Positions 1-9,546 of a stretch of DNA of 64,000 bases are shown piece after piece. The position numbers and the translations under genes were made by a program. The stretch is from a virus (lineage: Duplodnaviria > Caudoviricetes), in IMG/VR virus record IMGVR_UViG_3300047678_000069, positions 1,942 through 65,941 of that record; one strand, written 5' to 3'. How positions within the stretch are numbered: the first letter of the stretch is position 1; the number at the start of each line of letters is the position of its first letter. The notes below the pieces were generated by a model. That model ran no database searches and was not told the origin of the DNA. It saw nothing but the letters and a program-made list of their open reading frames with translations.

Positions 1-320
1 AGGTTGCAGGGGCATTTTGACTCTCTGATTTGTTCCGCGTGTCGCGTGGATCAACCATCCACATGTGTTTAATTTATAGGTTAAGTCTAAATTGTCTAAC
101 CCTAAAACTAAATCACTGATTGCCTGTAATTAACTTATATGTTTATCACATGTCGGAAGGACCACGCCCAAACAACATCATGAGGATCTTTGTGAATCCC
201 CAGAAGAAGACGAAGAAGATCTTTCCGAGAGGAGCACCAATGAGCTTAGTGATTTGGTTCATCAGGATACCCTGTACTTTCTGCTGGGGAAGAGTGGTTG
301 CCGCTATGATCATGGATGGT

Positions 321-1892
321 CTAGGAGATTGCACCAACCTTGATCGTCTTGTTTCGAGGATTCAGTAAACCGAACACTGCCAGAACCGCTGAGTCAGCTT
401 CGTCAGGTGAGCAACCTACAAGTTCGGTCATCGTTGGTTGAGTTGATTTTGATCCGGGTAATCGACGCTTTGGTGGAAGATAGATCTGTCCCTCATCGCC
501 GAGTAGAAGAGGGACTGGATCAAGTTGCTTTCGCAGTTCAGTGAGAGTTGCTGGAATACCGAATCCGCGAGGGTTCCAATTCTCGTCCATCAATTGCCGC
601 AGCAACCAATACATCTGAGCTCTGCGGTTCTTGAAGACCATTTGTGTTTCAGAGACATCAACTTCTTTCATAAACGAGAGATAAGGAACGACAGGACGCA
701 TTTCAGGAGATGCAGATTCACCAAATGAGATTGTGCGGACGAAATGGTTTTGCTTTCTCATCAAGTCAGCGTGTTGTTTACCACCTCCACCACGGTCGAA
801 CAAAACGTTTTCAGCAGCAACCCCCCACTTTGACATGAGTGTGAGAGTGATTGTTGGGATGATCGAAGTGTCTGGCGTCTTCATTGACAGTTGCTCGAGA
901 ATCCCATATTCGTCGACAACAGTCCAGACTGTTGAGTCACCACCTTCAGCAGTGTCAACACCTATTGCACGGGCTTTTCGAGATTGCTTCTCAAGGACAA
1001 GCTTTTCAGCGATGGCAGCAGAACGGTTGAGCCATTCCGGAGGATACATCAGGATTGATGCACCTTCATAGAATTGGGCATCGAGCGAGATGGTCTGCAT
1101 CACCTTGCTCATTGTGTGACGATGTTTTATGTAGGTTGCATAATCCTTGAGACCGGGAATCAAGATTTCATGAGTTGGTTCTTCGCCACGAGCAACTTGC
1201 AGAAGGCCGAGTCTTACGTTGGGTGAATCCTCGGCTTTGATACGGATCACCTTTCGGTAGAATCCTGGAGCACCAATACGTGGTTGATCACCTTCTTTCA
1301 CTGCTGAATAGAAGAAGTTCGTGCATGGGAACGTGTTGCCAATGATCAGCTTTCGATGAGCCCACGTTTCAGTTGAATTGTGGACACCAGTGTCAATACC
1401 TGAAGCTTCGTCGAAGATCGCCATAGTTGTAGGCTCGTTGAATGGTCCACGTTCCAAGTGTCGTCCGAGAAGTCCTTCATCTTTGTTTGATACTTGACCA
1501 ACTAATTCCCAGAGCGGAATGTCATTCCCTTCTTTGTCAGTTCGACGGACGTGTAAGTGAGTGTGGCGGATTGGTAGTTCGTGCTTTGATGTTTTGATGA
1601 AGCGAGAGATTTCGCCCCACAGAACGTCCTTCAATTGGTCGTGCTTCACTGAGGTTGTGACTACGCGGGATTGTCTGCTGAGGAAGAACCACAGGGCAGC
1701 GTATGCAGCGATGAAGTCTTTGCCAAGTTGATTTCCAGCAGGGACAACCGTTTCATCATTTTCCATTACAGAGATTAGGACTTTCTTTTGCTCCCTATAG
1801 ATTGTGATGTTCGGCCAATTCCATCTAAGAAACTCAAGAGGGTCCATAATCCTCAAGGGCTTCTTAGGTGGTGGAAGTTCTATCGTGCTCAT
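321..1892 (-). CDS. terL: Terminase large subunit
   Basis: Walker A-like AGNQLGKD, Walker B IFDEASG, RNase H-like GVDTAEGG and SPDEADS. Confidence 0.93.
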   Translation of the reverse strand: MSTIELPPPKKPLRIMDPLEFLRWNWPNITIYREQKKVLISVMENDETVVPAGNQLGKDFIAAYAALWFFLSRQSRVVTTSVKHDQLKDVLWGEISRFIKTSKHELPIRHTHLHVRRTDKEGNDIPLWELVGQVSNKDEGLLGRHLERGPFNEPTTMAIFDEASGIDTGVHNSTETWAHRKLIIGNTFPCTNFFYSAVKEGDQPRIGAPGFYRKVIRIKAEDSPNVRLGLLQVARGEEPTHEILIPGLKDYATYIKHRHTMSKVMQTISLDAQFYEGASILMYPPEWLNRSAAIAEKLVLEKQSRKARAIGVDTAEGGDSTVWTVVDEYGILEQLSMKTPDTSIIPTITLTLMSKWGVAAENVLFDRGGGGKQHADLMRKQNHFVRTISFGESASPEMRPVVPYLSFMKEVDVSETQMVFKNRRAQMYWLLRQLMDENWNPRGFGIPATLTELRKQLDPVPLLLGDEGQIYLPPKRRLPGSKSTQPTMTELVGCSPDEADSAVLAVFGLLNPRNKTIKVGAIS

Positions 1893-2113
1893 TGATCTGA
1901 GCTCGAAGGAGCTTCAGCGGTTTGTTGAGCAGTAGTTGATTCATCAGCAGAGTCTGAATCAACCGCCAGAGCAATGCCCTGCATCGAAAGCAGAGTTCCG
2001 TATTCACGCTTTGGGATTAAGTGTCCATGATATCCTGTAGCGAGCAGCTTGTCATTGATTTCCTTGTACGTTGAGGGTGATACTTGCATGACAACATAGG
2101 TGTGAGTTATCAT
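1889..2113 (-). CDS. Hypothetical protein
   Basis: 74 aa ORF whose stop overlaps the terL start (ATGA-type coupling), with an upstream GAGGA. Confidence 0.6.
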   Translation of the reverse strand: MITHTYVVMQVSPSTYKEINDKLLATGYHGHLIPKREYGTLLSMQGIALAVDSDSADESTTAQQTAEAPSSSDQ

Positions 2114-2165
2114 TAATAGTCCTCATCAATACTTTGGGAGATGGACAGAAACGAAACAGTGGACA

Positions 2166-2247
2166 GCCCCCGGAGCACATCCTGCAGGTTCAGAACAGGA
2201 GTCTCACGGATTCGAAGGGTCGGGCGGCAATCGAATCCAACGGGGGC
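2166..2247 (-). ncRNA. Candidate structured RNA (three-way junction)
   Basis: Intergenic nested stems GCCCCCG/CGGGGGC, TCCTG/CAGGA and GGATTCGA/TCGAATCC. Confidence 0.4.
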
Positions 2248-2270
2248 ATGAACTAGAACCTCTTTGAGGA

Positions 2271-2948
2271 TTAGAGCACCTCAACAGAAGTTCCAGCGGG
2301 ATTCATTGAAGAAGGAAGGGGTTGATCCATTAGTAAGCGTAAGCGAGTTTCGATTGGATCGTCCTGATCGATTCGTTCTTCCTGTTCCTCTTGAGTGATG
2401 GCATGTGGTCGTACCATTTCATCCCAGTTGACTTTCAGAGAGACATTGACATCGTGTTGAGTAGGTTGGAACAGACCAAGACGACGGGCTAACATTTCGA
2501 GAGCACCCATCTTGTCCCAGAAATCGATCTGTACGTGTTTGATGACAGTAACGGTCTCATCTTCATTTTCCTCTTCAGTGTAGGATACCTGCAGTCGCTT
2601 GATTGTTCGAGCAACGTGTTGAGGCATCTCCTGCAGCTTCATCACTGAACCATCTGGTTTCAATAAATCTTGGGGATTCATGAAAGCGATGGATTCAAGT
2701 TCTCGCTGGACACGTTCGGCTTCGGTCTTGTGCTCCCATAGAATTGTGTTGAGACGCTTGGCTAGTATTGCTCGGACGTTTGGGTTCTCCAGAACCTTTG
2801 AACCATCAACTTTGTAACCGGCAGCTTTCGCAGCTTTGTTGGCATTCATCGCTTTGTCAGCGAATAGTGCCTCAATGAAGATCTGCTGTTGTGCTGTAAG
2901 GTTTTCAACATTCCCGCCACGCTTTGAAGGCTTCACTTTTGTTGCCAC
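2271..2948 (-). CDS. terS: Terminase small subunit
   Basis: N-terminal HTH LTAQQQIFIE...NANKAAKAAGY, DKMGALEMLARRLGLF motif, position upstream of terL. Confidence 0.88.
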   Translation of the reverse strand: MATKVKPSKRGGNVENLTAQQQIFIEALFADKAMNANKAAKAAGYKVDGSKVLENPNVRAILAKRLNTILWEHKTEAERVQRELESIAFMNPQDLLKPDGSVMKLQEMPQHVARTIKRLQVSYTEEENEDETVTVIKHVQIDFWDKMGALEMLARRLGLFQPTQHDVNVSLKVNWDEMVRPHAITQEEQEERIDQDDPIETRLRLLMDQPLPSSMNPAGTSVEVL

Positions 2949-3085
2949 AGAGATGTCCTCAGCAAGTGTCCTTTTTATTGGTCGTCCTCAGTGGGGCGTA
3001 TTCTCTACAGAAGACTTTCAAAAAGTAAAGTGTAGAAAATTTTTTGAAATCTCCCCATTTTCCCAACCTCCACCCACTTCTTATA

Positions 3086-3147
3086 CTCTCTCTTCTCTCT
3101 TCTCTCTTCTCTCTTCTCTCTTCTCTCTTCTCTCTTCTCTCTTCTCT
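3086..3147. repeat. (TCTCTTC)x8 tandem heptamer repeat
   Basis: Read directly; intergenic, upstream of terS. Confidence 0.95.
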
Positions 3148-3200
3148 GTACACGAGGAGTTCTTCGATTATAGTTGTTGTATAGTGTTTGGCCCTACAGA

Positions 3201-3431
3201 TTAAACTATGAAGAGAATTTCTCCCGTACGAATTTCGATGTAATAACTGTCATAAGCATTGGCATGTGGATTTATAGCTTCAACTACTAAGAACTCCCCT
3301 TTGTCCTTCTCTGTGAATATCTCGAGGCGTATTGTTTTAGTATGGGTTTCTGGACCATTGAATCTCTCAAGCAGCATTCTCGATCTGTATGCATTAAACT
3401 TATACATGTCTTTGAGGACTATGGTTCTCAT
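3201..3431 (-). CDS. Hypothetical protein
   Basis: 76 aa ORF coupled to the stop of the upstream gene. Confidence 0.55.
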   Translation of the reverse strand: MRTIVLKDMYKFNAYRSRMLLERFNGPETHTKTIRLEIFTEKDKGEFLVVEAINPHANAYDSYYIEIRTGEILFIV

Positions 3432-4354
3432 TTGTTCTTCTCTGATTTGGTGGATTTGGTGGATTTGGTGGATTTTGGTTTGGTTTGGGTACGCTTTCGG
3501 GATGATTTTTTATCAGGCTTCGGTTGCATTTCCTGAGGAAGAGCCGCGATGACTTTATCGACCGTGATGATTCCGTTTGGGTAATACTTTGATGGGTCTT
3601 GACACTTCATCTTGCGAAACTCATTACGTGCCCACTGTGCTTTGATTAGAGGGAACAGATTCTGCATCTTTTCGAAGTCGTCAGGATACAGTTTGATGAA
3701 GCGATCCAAGTTCCGGTTGTGAGGAATGCCAGCGATAGTTCTGTTTGAGATTAGGTAATCATCAGGCAGGGCAATACCACAATCTTCAATAGTGGAAATG
3801 ATCTGGTCAGTAGTCCAATCGAAACAGGGATAGAACGTTCTGACCTTTGAACGAATTGCTCCAGCGTAGGCGGGTTCACCATGCTTTGAGCCACGCTTGA
3901 TGATCATCTTACGGAACATGTTGTCGTGAAGAGACAATGCGAATGCACCATACGCTTGGGGCTGGCTGTGTTTGATTCGCAAGTAATCAACGATGTCGTT
4001 GTTGGTGTATAGCCAACGATCAAGGGCTTCAATCTGGTCTTCACGTTCGATTGGCTGATACCACTGTCGGCCAAGAGCTCTTGAGATTTCACCATCTATG
4101 AACCGTTCGATTTTGGTTCCGAATATGTGTTCATAGTAGTCTAGTGATTCATCGACGAATGTCAGGTTTGGGCATGAACAGCCATGATAGGGGATGATTG
4201 TATGAAAGAACTGTCTGAGCCAAATCCATGCACAGACTGAATCCTTTCCACGACTGAATCCCAATATGCAAACTCCATCTGAACGTTTAGCGATCTCTTC
4301 ACAGAGAGCTCTGGAGTCTGGTGTACCCTTTGGTTTGTAATCATCAAGCAACAT
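3428..4354 (-). CDS. PP-loop adenine nucleotide alpha-hydrolase (PAPS-reductase-like)
   Basis: ILGFSRGKDS PP-loop; start placed at the ATG after a GGAGGG RBS. Confidence 0.8.
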   Translation of the reverse strand: MLLDDYKPKGTPDSRALCEEIAKRSDGVCILGFSRGKDSVCAWIWLRQFFHTIIPYHGCSCPNLTFVDESLDYYEHIFGTKIERFIDGEISRALGRQWYQPIEREDQIEALDRWLYTNNDIVDYLRIKHSQPQAYGAFALSLHDNMFRKMIIKRGSKHGEPAYAGAIRSKVRTFYPCFDWTTDQIISTIEDCGIALPDDYLISNRTIAGIPHNRNLDRFIKLYPDDFEKMQNLFPLIKAQWARNEFRKMKCQDPSKYYPNGIITVDKVIAALPQEMQPKPDKKSSRKRTQTKPKSTKSTKSTKSEKNK

Positions 4355-4370
4355 AGTTGTCCCTCCAAAT

Positions 4371-4403
4371 AAAAAAGCACGCAAAGTTTGACCCTTGCGT
4401 GCT
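4371..4403 (-). terminator. Rho-independent terminator after the basic peptide gene
   Basis: Stem AGCACGCAA/TTGCGTGCT followed by a U-tract on the minus strand. Confidence 0.7.
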
Positions 4404-4462
4404 CTTTGGATTATGGATTGAGGAGGAATGCTGATCTTCTGTTGCTCAAGCAGAGATAGTGA

Positions 4463-4651
4463 TTAACCCCCACCGCCACCACCTTCGGATGATCCACCTT
4501 TCTTGGTGCTACCCTTCTTGGCAGCTTTCTTCTTGCCGCCTTTCTTCCACATTGCCTTGAGGAAACGTGTTGTTCCGGCTTTCGTGGCTTTCTTGCCAGG
4601 CATCTTCTTCGTAGCCTTCTTTGAGGCTTTCTTAGATGCTTTCTTCGCCAT
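4463..4651 (-). CDS. Small Lys-rich peptide with a poly-Gly C-terminus
   Basis: 62 aa MAKKASKKASKK...GGSSEGGGGGG with an AGGAGA RBS upstream. Confidence 0.75.
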   Translation of the reverse strand: MAKKASKKASKKATKKMPGKKATKAGTTRFLKAMWKKGGKKKAAKKGSTKKGGSSEGGGGGG

Positions 4652-5015
4652 TCAAGTTCTCCTTGATTTCTGAAAGGAGTGATTCGCCTAGGTTCCAGAG
4701 GCGTAACTGGCCCCGACAATAGACCGGGGTGTCAAGTCTTCGAATGTTGGACAAGACAAAGCAATAAGGGCCAAAGATGTGCTTTGCTTGTGAATGGAAT
4801 CTTTTCTTGGCTTGTGGTACGGTCAAGATCTCAGCAACGTCTGCAATACAGCGAATTGCCCCACTCTTACCACTGCGATGGATCGCAATAGTGATCGGGA
4901 GATTCTCGGGCTTTATTCGCCACGAGCGATTCTCGATCAGCTTCTCTTCGTTGTAAACGAGTTGTTCCCATTCGGGTTTCAGTGACAGAGCCTTGGTTGG
5001 GAGTTTGTCAGCCAA
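4632..5015 (-). CDS. ASCH-domain protein
   Basis: KALSLKPEW...KLIENRSW and C-terminal RGQLRLW, typical of ASCH. Confidence 0.85.
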   Translation of the reverse strand: MADKLPTKALSLKPEWEQLVYNEEKLIENRSWRIKPENLPITIAIHRSGKSGAIRCIADVAEILTVPQAKKRFHSQAKHIFGPYCFVLSNIRRLDTPVYCRGQLRLWNLGESLLSEIKENLNGEESI

Positions 5016-5481
5016 ATGCCAATCCCTCTGATTCGAGACTTTTTATCTTCTGGCGATGTTCAGAAATCTTCGCTAGAGCGGCAAGTCTCTTGTTTAGGTG
5101 AGAGTGTATTATAGCAAATTCTTCATGTGGGATTGGTATGTTAAAACGTTTGGCAAACGATTCACCGTCGATAAATACGTCGTCAACCGCGAGCACTGGT
5201 CCACAGGCTTCCAAAAAAGCCATTTTCTGTGCCCACGATTGAAAGACTAAACACGTATAAAAGTTCACTTCGTTGTTGTTCTTCATTCGCTTTTCGACTT
5301 TCTTGTCAATAGCCTTTAAGTTGGCTTTGACTTGAGTCAAATCACGAATACCTTGGTTAGCTTCTGAAATGTCGTCCTCATTCAGAAACGTTGTCAAGGG
5401 CTTTTCTTCGGGAGTCTTCTTCGCTTTCTTCTTCTTGCGACGGCTTGGAAGCTTTCTCCCTGCAATACCGTTTAAGTCCAT
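5008..5481 (-). CDS. Hypothetical protein, first gene of the PP-loop cassette
   Basis: 157 aa, GGAGG RBS, coupled to the ASCH gene. Confidence 0.7.
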   Translation of the reverse strand: MDLNGIAGRKLPSRRKKKKAKKTPEEKPLTTFLNEDDISEANQGIRDLTQVKANLKAIDKKVEKRMKNNNEVNFYTCLVFQSWAQKMAFLEACGPVLAVDDVFIDGESFAKRFNIPIPHEEFAIIHSHLNKRLAALAKISEHRQKIKSLESEGLAFG

Positions 5482-5563
5482 GAGTTGTCCTCCATAATGC
5501 GGAACATTAAACCACGAAACGACTTAGGTTAAAATCCCGATACCAAAGAATTAACCAAGGGGT

Positions 5564-5761
5564 TTAGAAGAACATACTCATGAAACTATACAGAGTCAAG
5601 ACAACTAATATTAGGTGTTGTAGAAATAGTCTGTATTCCAGTTCTCTGATCTTCTTAGTGTGTTCTAAGACCACGCGGCTGAGAGTTTCATGGGTTGATA
5701 GGCGGTTTGGGTTGTCCATTCTGGCTGACTCCATCAGTTTGTTTCGTTGTTCTGGGGTCAT
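5564..5761 (-). CDS. Hypothetical protein with a C-terminal TM segment
   Basis: 65 aa, hydrophobic C-terminus. Confidence 0.55.
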   Translation of the reverse strand: MTPEQRNKLMESARMDNPNRLSTHETLSRVVLEHTKKIRELEYRLFLQHLILVVLTLYSFMSMFF

Positions 5762-6003
5762 GTTTTCTTTCCTGAGGAAAGGCTCTGAGAACGGTGCATT
5801 TGAACTTGGTGTATCTGAAAAGGATTAGACGCCGTGATCTTAGATCTTGAAGTGTGGTGATAGAAGCGTTCCGTGAAAGCCCTTCAGGTTTTTGGTTCCA
5901 CCAGAACTTTCCAATGTGCAGGATTTTTCCTTCTGCAGATCTGACGACAGTAGCTTGAAGGACCATTCCCTTTTCAAGATGTTCCATTATCAGATGTTGG
6001 GAC

Positions 6004-6507
6004 TTACTTAGGGCTTTCTTCACCATCTGTGACAACCTTTTGGTTCTGGATTGGAATTGGGGTATAAAGTTCAACTCTGCCAGTCAAGCGGACGTAGGAA
6101 GTTTCAAGCCTTCCTCCAGGTCCTTCGACTGCGACCACTGCACCGTTTTTGTTACGTTCAAGAACGTCGATCCATCCAGTGTGGCCTGTGTAGCAGCGGG
6201 AGATTTCCTTGTATGAAACGTCTTTGTCGTTCAGTATGACTCGTGGAGCAGTTGAGCCGGAGAAGTTCACCAGAGGAAACATGTAGACGTCGGACGTGTA
6301 GTTTGTAGTCCAATCGTAGAGGTGGCCTGCAGGTCTTCTCAGTGAACTATGCGTGGAAGCTGCCTTAGCTTCGTGATACTCCTGCAGCATGTCTTCGATC
6401 TTGTGTAGATCGTTGATAGTGGACAACCCTTGCTCAACGCTTGCAACAAGGGATTTGACGTTGATCATTAGGTCACGGTCGAGGTTTGGATACGCTGGGT
6501 TCGTCAT
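6004..6507 (-). CDS. Hypothetical protein
   Basis: 167 aa ORF directly after the primase-helicase. Confidence 0.65.
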   Translation of the reverse strand: MTNPAYPNLDRDLMINVKSLVASVEQGLSTINDLHKIEDMLQEYHEAKAASTHSSLRRPAGHLYDWTTNYTSDVYMFPLVNFSGSTAPRVILNDKDVSYKEISRCYTGHTGWIDVLERNKNGAVVAVEGPGGRLETSYVRLTGRVELYTPIPIQNQKVVTDGEESPK

Positions 6508-6513
6508 GGTTTA

Positions 6514-8796
6514 TTATCCTTGAAATTCGTAAACTTGTTCCCACAAAATTCTCATGCGAGGGGTCAGTCTATAGGCTGGCACCCCTTTGATGCCACGGGC
6601 TTTCTTTCGGTCAAATACTTCAATGACGCCGATCTTTCTTAGGAATCGCAGAAGGTTTTTTACGTTATGCATTGAGTCTCCGATTAGTGTGGTGATAGAA
6701 CTTAGCACAAGACCGTCCTCGTCTGCAGCATACAATAGGCGGGCGATTTCAAGAGTTTGGCCCCTTGAAGTGTCGAGAGCTCTCTTGCGGGTTCTCTTGA
6801 AAACCTCTTTGTCGATTTTCTTCTTGTTCATCACAGCAGCGGTGCACACTGCATAACGAATAAGCTGTGAAGTCAGCCGTGAAGCGAACTCACGTTCAGC
6901 GATTTCCTTTTGCTTCTCAGAGGGTCTTGCTCTCATGAATGCTGTGAACTTGGCGAATCGGGTAATGCGGAACAGAACATCGTCAGGTAGATCAATCTGA
7001 CCAATCAGGTCGAAGGCGTTTGTTCTGAGATGTTCTATGTATCCACCAGTCAATTGCATTGCTGTCGTGAGGGTTGGTGATTGTGTTTGGCTACCACCAC
7101 CAGAACCCATTTCCATAGTCATAGTTGAAGCAACACGGCGGGCGACTCTGTTGAGGATTTCATCTTCAAGTTCATCTGGAACACCTTCCATGATGACACA
7201 GTCCAGGAAACGTTCTCCTAGTTCACTGCTGTCGATCATTCTGAGGGAAGACGTGCCGCATAGGATCACAGTTGTGGAAATGTTTTCGTAATCCTTGCTC
7301 ATCTCGTTCTTGTATTGTGTTCGAACTGAACGGTCATAGAATGCACGAAACTGTGAGAGGATCTGACCGATGGCAGGGTTTTGCAGAATGGTGTCTGCAT
7401 CCTTGATGACTAGAGTTTTGTCATCGAGGAGTTCTGCCATCGACATATTTTCACCACTGTTCTTTACTGATACGTAGCCAGAGAACAGACCGGTCATAGT
7501 GTCTTTAGGGAAGACATATTGACGGTTTGTGGAAATGGCTTCGCAGAGTGTAGTCTTTCCACAGGATGCAGGACCAATGATCTTGACCCACAATTGATCG
7601 CCAGCAACTTTCGTTGAGATGATGGAAGCTAACATTGTGGTCAGAGCATCTTCAAGCCCTTCAGTCCACTTCATTGCTCGACGCCATGCGTTGATCAGAT
7701 CTTTGAAGCGAGAACATGGTTCGCAGACGGTAACGCCGGTTCCACTACCATACGTTTTAGAGCCGCTGGCACCCCCTTTAAGCCACTCTGGCTCGGCGGG
7801 GTGTATTTGGTCGGCTAGTTCGGAGAAGGCGTTTATACGGGAAGCTAGGGCTTCTCCTGCCGCTACAAATACGTCCCGCAAGTCCATTCCGTCAGGTAGT
7901 GCTTCGCTGTATCCTTTCTCGCCCCACTTTAAATAGGAAATCGAGGCAGGTGGTCTTCCTGAGGAAGAGATGACACTGCAGATCGTAGCGATGCCAGACA
8001 GTGCAGCGGGTTGGATTATTTGACCAGTCTTTGGATGATTGCGAGGATGGTCATTGTCGAACATGAAGATGACGTCTTTGCCAGACAGCAGAGAACACCA
8101 GCTTTCATGAAAGACGTTGCAACCCGGCAAGGCGATGATGTTGGTGTCGTTCAGGAGACTGTGCAGTTCTGAGCCAGTCACGGTGAGGATACCTTCATCG
8201 GTCATCTTGGTTTGCTTCATCACTTCATAGAGAGCGATGGCATCCCACACACCTTCACAGATGATCACGCGGGGCTTGGATTTGTCCCACAGATTCATAC
8301 CGAAGATTTGGTGGTGAAATGATGGCTTTGGACCAGACAGTAGTCTCATTTTCCCGTTGATGTTGACATAACGGTAGAGATTTCTGAGAATGCTGTCTGT
8401 GCTGTAGGCTGGGACCAGCCATTCGCCTGAGATGATAGAACGGGTGACACCCCACAATTGTAGAACATCAGCGTCGAGAAATCCACGTTTTTCAGCAAGG
8501 GAGACAAGGGCCTTGGTATAGTTTTCACTGTCGTTCAGGCAATACTCATAAAGCTTGCGGATGAACACCATCGCGTTTCCACCACGGAAAGCTTTACCGT
8601 TGTCTTCACCTTCATTGCAAGCAACACATCTCCATTGACCAGTTTTCAAGAGGACAGAAAATTTTCCGGGTCGATCGCAGAAGGGGCAGGTTGTGGTTGC
8701 ATCCTTACTGTTTGGGTACTGACGAAAGTCTAATCCATGAAAGATATAGGGAGAAACAGTTTCCGAGATTTCGTCAGGTTTATCGATCAATGGCAC
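6514..8796 (-). CDS. DNA primase-helicase fusion
   Basis: N-terminal Zn finger CPFC...CVAC, TOPRIM ICEGVWD...FDND, C-terminal P-loop GPASCGKTT. Confidence 0.87.
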   Translation of the reverse strand: MPLIDKPDEISETVSPYIFHGLDFRQYPNSKDATTTCPFCDRPGKFSVLLKTGQWRCVACNEGEDNGKAFRGGNAMVFIRKLYEYCLNDSENYTKALVSLAEKRGFLDADVLQLWGVTRSIISGEWLVPAYSTDSILRNLYRYVNINGKMRLLSGPKPSFHHQIFGMNLWDKSKPRVIICEGVWDAIALYEVMKQTKMTDEGILTVTGSELHSLLNDTNIIALPGCNVFHESWCSLLSGKDVIFMFDNDHPRNHPKTGQIIQPAALSGIATICSVISSSGRPPASISYLKWGEKGYSEALPDGMDLRDVFVAAGEALASRINAFSELADQIHPAEPEWLKGGASGSKTYGSGTGVTVCEPCSRFKDLINAWRRAMKWTEGLEDALTTMLASIISTKVAGDQLWVKIIGPASCGKTTLCEAISTNRQYVFPKDTMTGLFSGYVSVKNSGENMSMAELLDDKTLVIKDADTILQNPAIGQILSQFRAFYDRSVRTQYKNEMSKDYENISTTVILCGTSSLRMIDSSELGERFLDCVIMEGVPDELEDEILNRVARRVASTMTMEMGSGGGSQTQSPTLTTAMQLTGGYIEHLRTNAFDLIGQIDLPDDVLFRITRFAKFTAFMRARPSEKQKEIAEREFASRLTSQLIRYAVCTAAVMNKKKIDKEVFKRTRKRALDTSRGQTLEIARLLYAADEDGLVLSSITTLIGDSMHNVKNLLRFLRKIGVIEVFDRKKARGIKGVPAYRLTPRMRILWEQVYEFQG

Positions 8797-8816
8797 AGTT
8801 TATTCCTTGTCAAGAG

Positions 8817-8849
8817 AAAACCCGACGAAACATTATGCTTCGTCGGGGG
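8817..8849 (-). terminator. Hairpin/terminator
   Basis: CCCGACGAA/TTCGTCGGG stem with a U-tract on the minus strand. Confidence 0.55.
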
Positions 8850-8893
8850 TCGGACATTATACCACACAGAACTATAATGAACCAGTGCAGATC

Positions 8894-9514
8894 CTAGTTC
8901 TCTTCATCCTTCGGAAGATCATCACCACCGACCTCGAAGTCATCATGAACTTCACGTGGCTTTGAGTCTTTCGGGGCTTGAGCTTCTGGACCGAAATCAT
9001 AAGAGTCAGAGAAGCCTTTGGGGTTGGTTATGGCTTGTTCCATAGCCTGTCGTTCAGCGTTCAAGTCACGATTGGTTGCGTTCTCGGGTGTAAACTTATG
9101 AGGGTAACGCTTCCTCAGCTTTTCGATGTTTGTGACCAGAACTGTTTCTAACCTGGCTTTCAGAGCATTGAGAGCTTCAGCTTGATACCAGTTTGTGTCG
9201 CCGAGTTCTTCGATGAAGTTGACTCGATCAAAGGGCTTGCCATACCACAACCAGTGTTCAAGGGCTGTGGCGAGTTCACCAAGTTCACCCATCATGCCGA
9301 ACACTGAATGCATGAGGCGAACAGCCAGATCTCGATTTTCGTTGATCCGGTAGAGAGCCAGACCATGATCGCATTCAGTCCTCTGAGCAAGGTGTTGATA
9401 CTGGTCTGGTGTGATCAGGCATTCGACAAACTCCGTATTGTTTGGATCGATTGGTGTCTGCTCGATGTTGAACAGACCTGATTCTGGTTCAGGTTGGTTT
9501 GGTGTAGTTGTCAT
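8894..9514 (-). CDS. MazG-like nucleotide pyrophosphohydrolase
   Basis: GMMGELGEL...EELGDTNWY...NIEKLRKRY signature. Confidence 0.85.
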   Translation of the reverse strand: MTTTPNQPEPESGLFNIEQTPIDPNNTEFVECLITPDQYQHLAQRTECDHGLALYRINENRDLAVRLMHSVFGMMGELGELATALEHWLWYGKPFDRVNFIEELGDTNWYQAEALNALKARLETVLVTNIEKLRKRYPHKFTPENATNRDLNAERQAMEQAITNPKGFSDSYDFGPEAQAPKDSKPREVHDDFEVGGDDLPKDEEN

Positions 9515-9546
9515 AAGTGTTGTCCTAGAATGAAATGAAATGTTAG

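Noticed and set aside
2836-3204. ORFs 2836-3204 (+) and 2959-3153 (-)
   Set aside because: They are translations of the TCTCTTC repeat (SSLF and ERREKR runs), not credible proteins.
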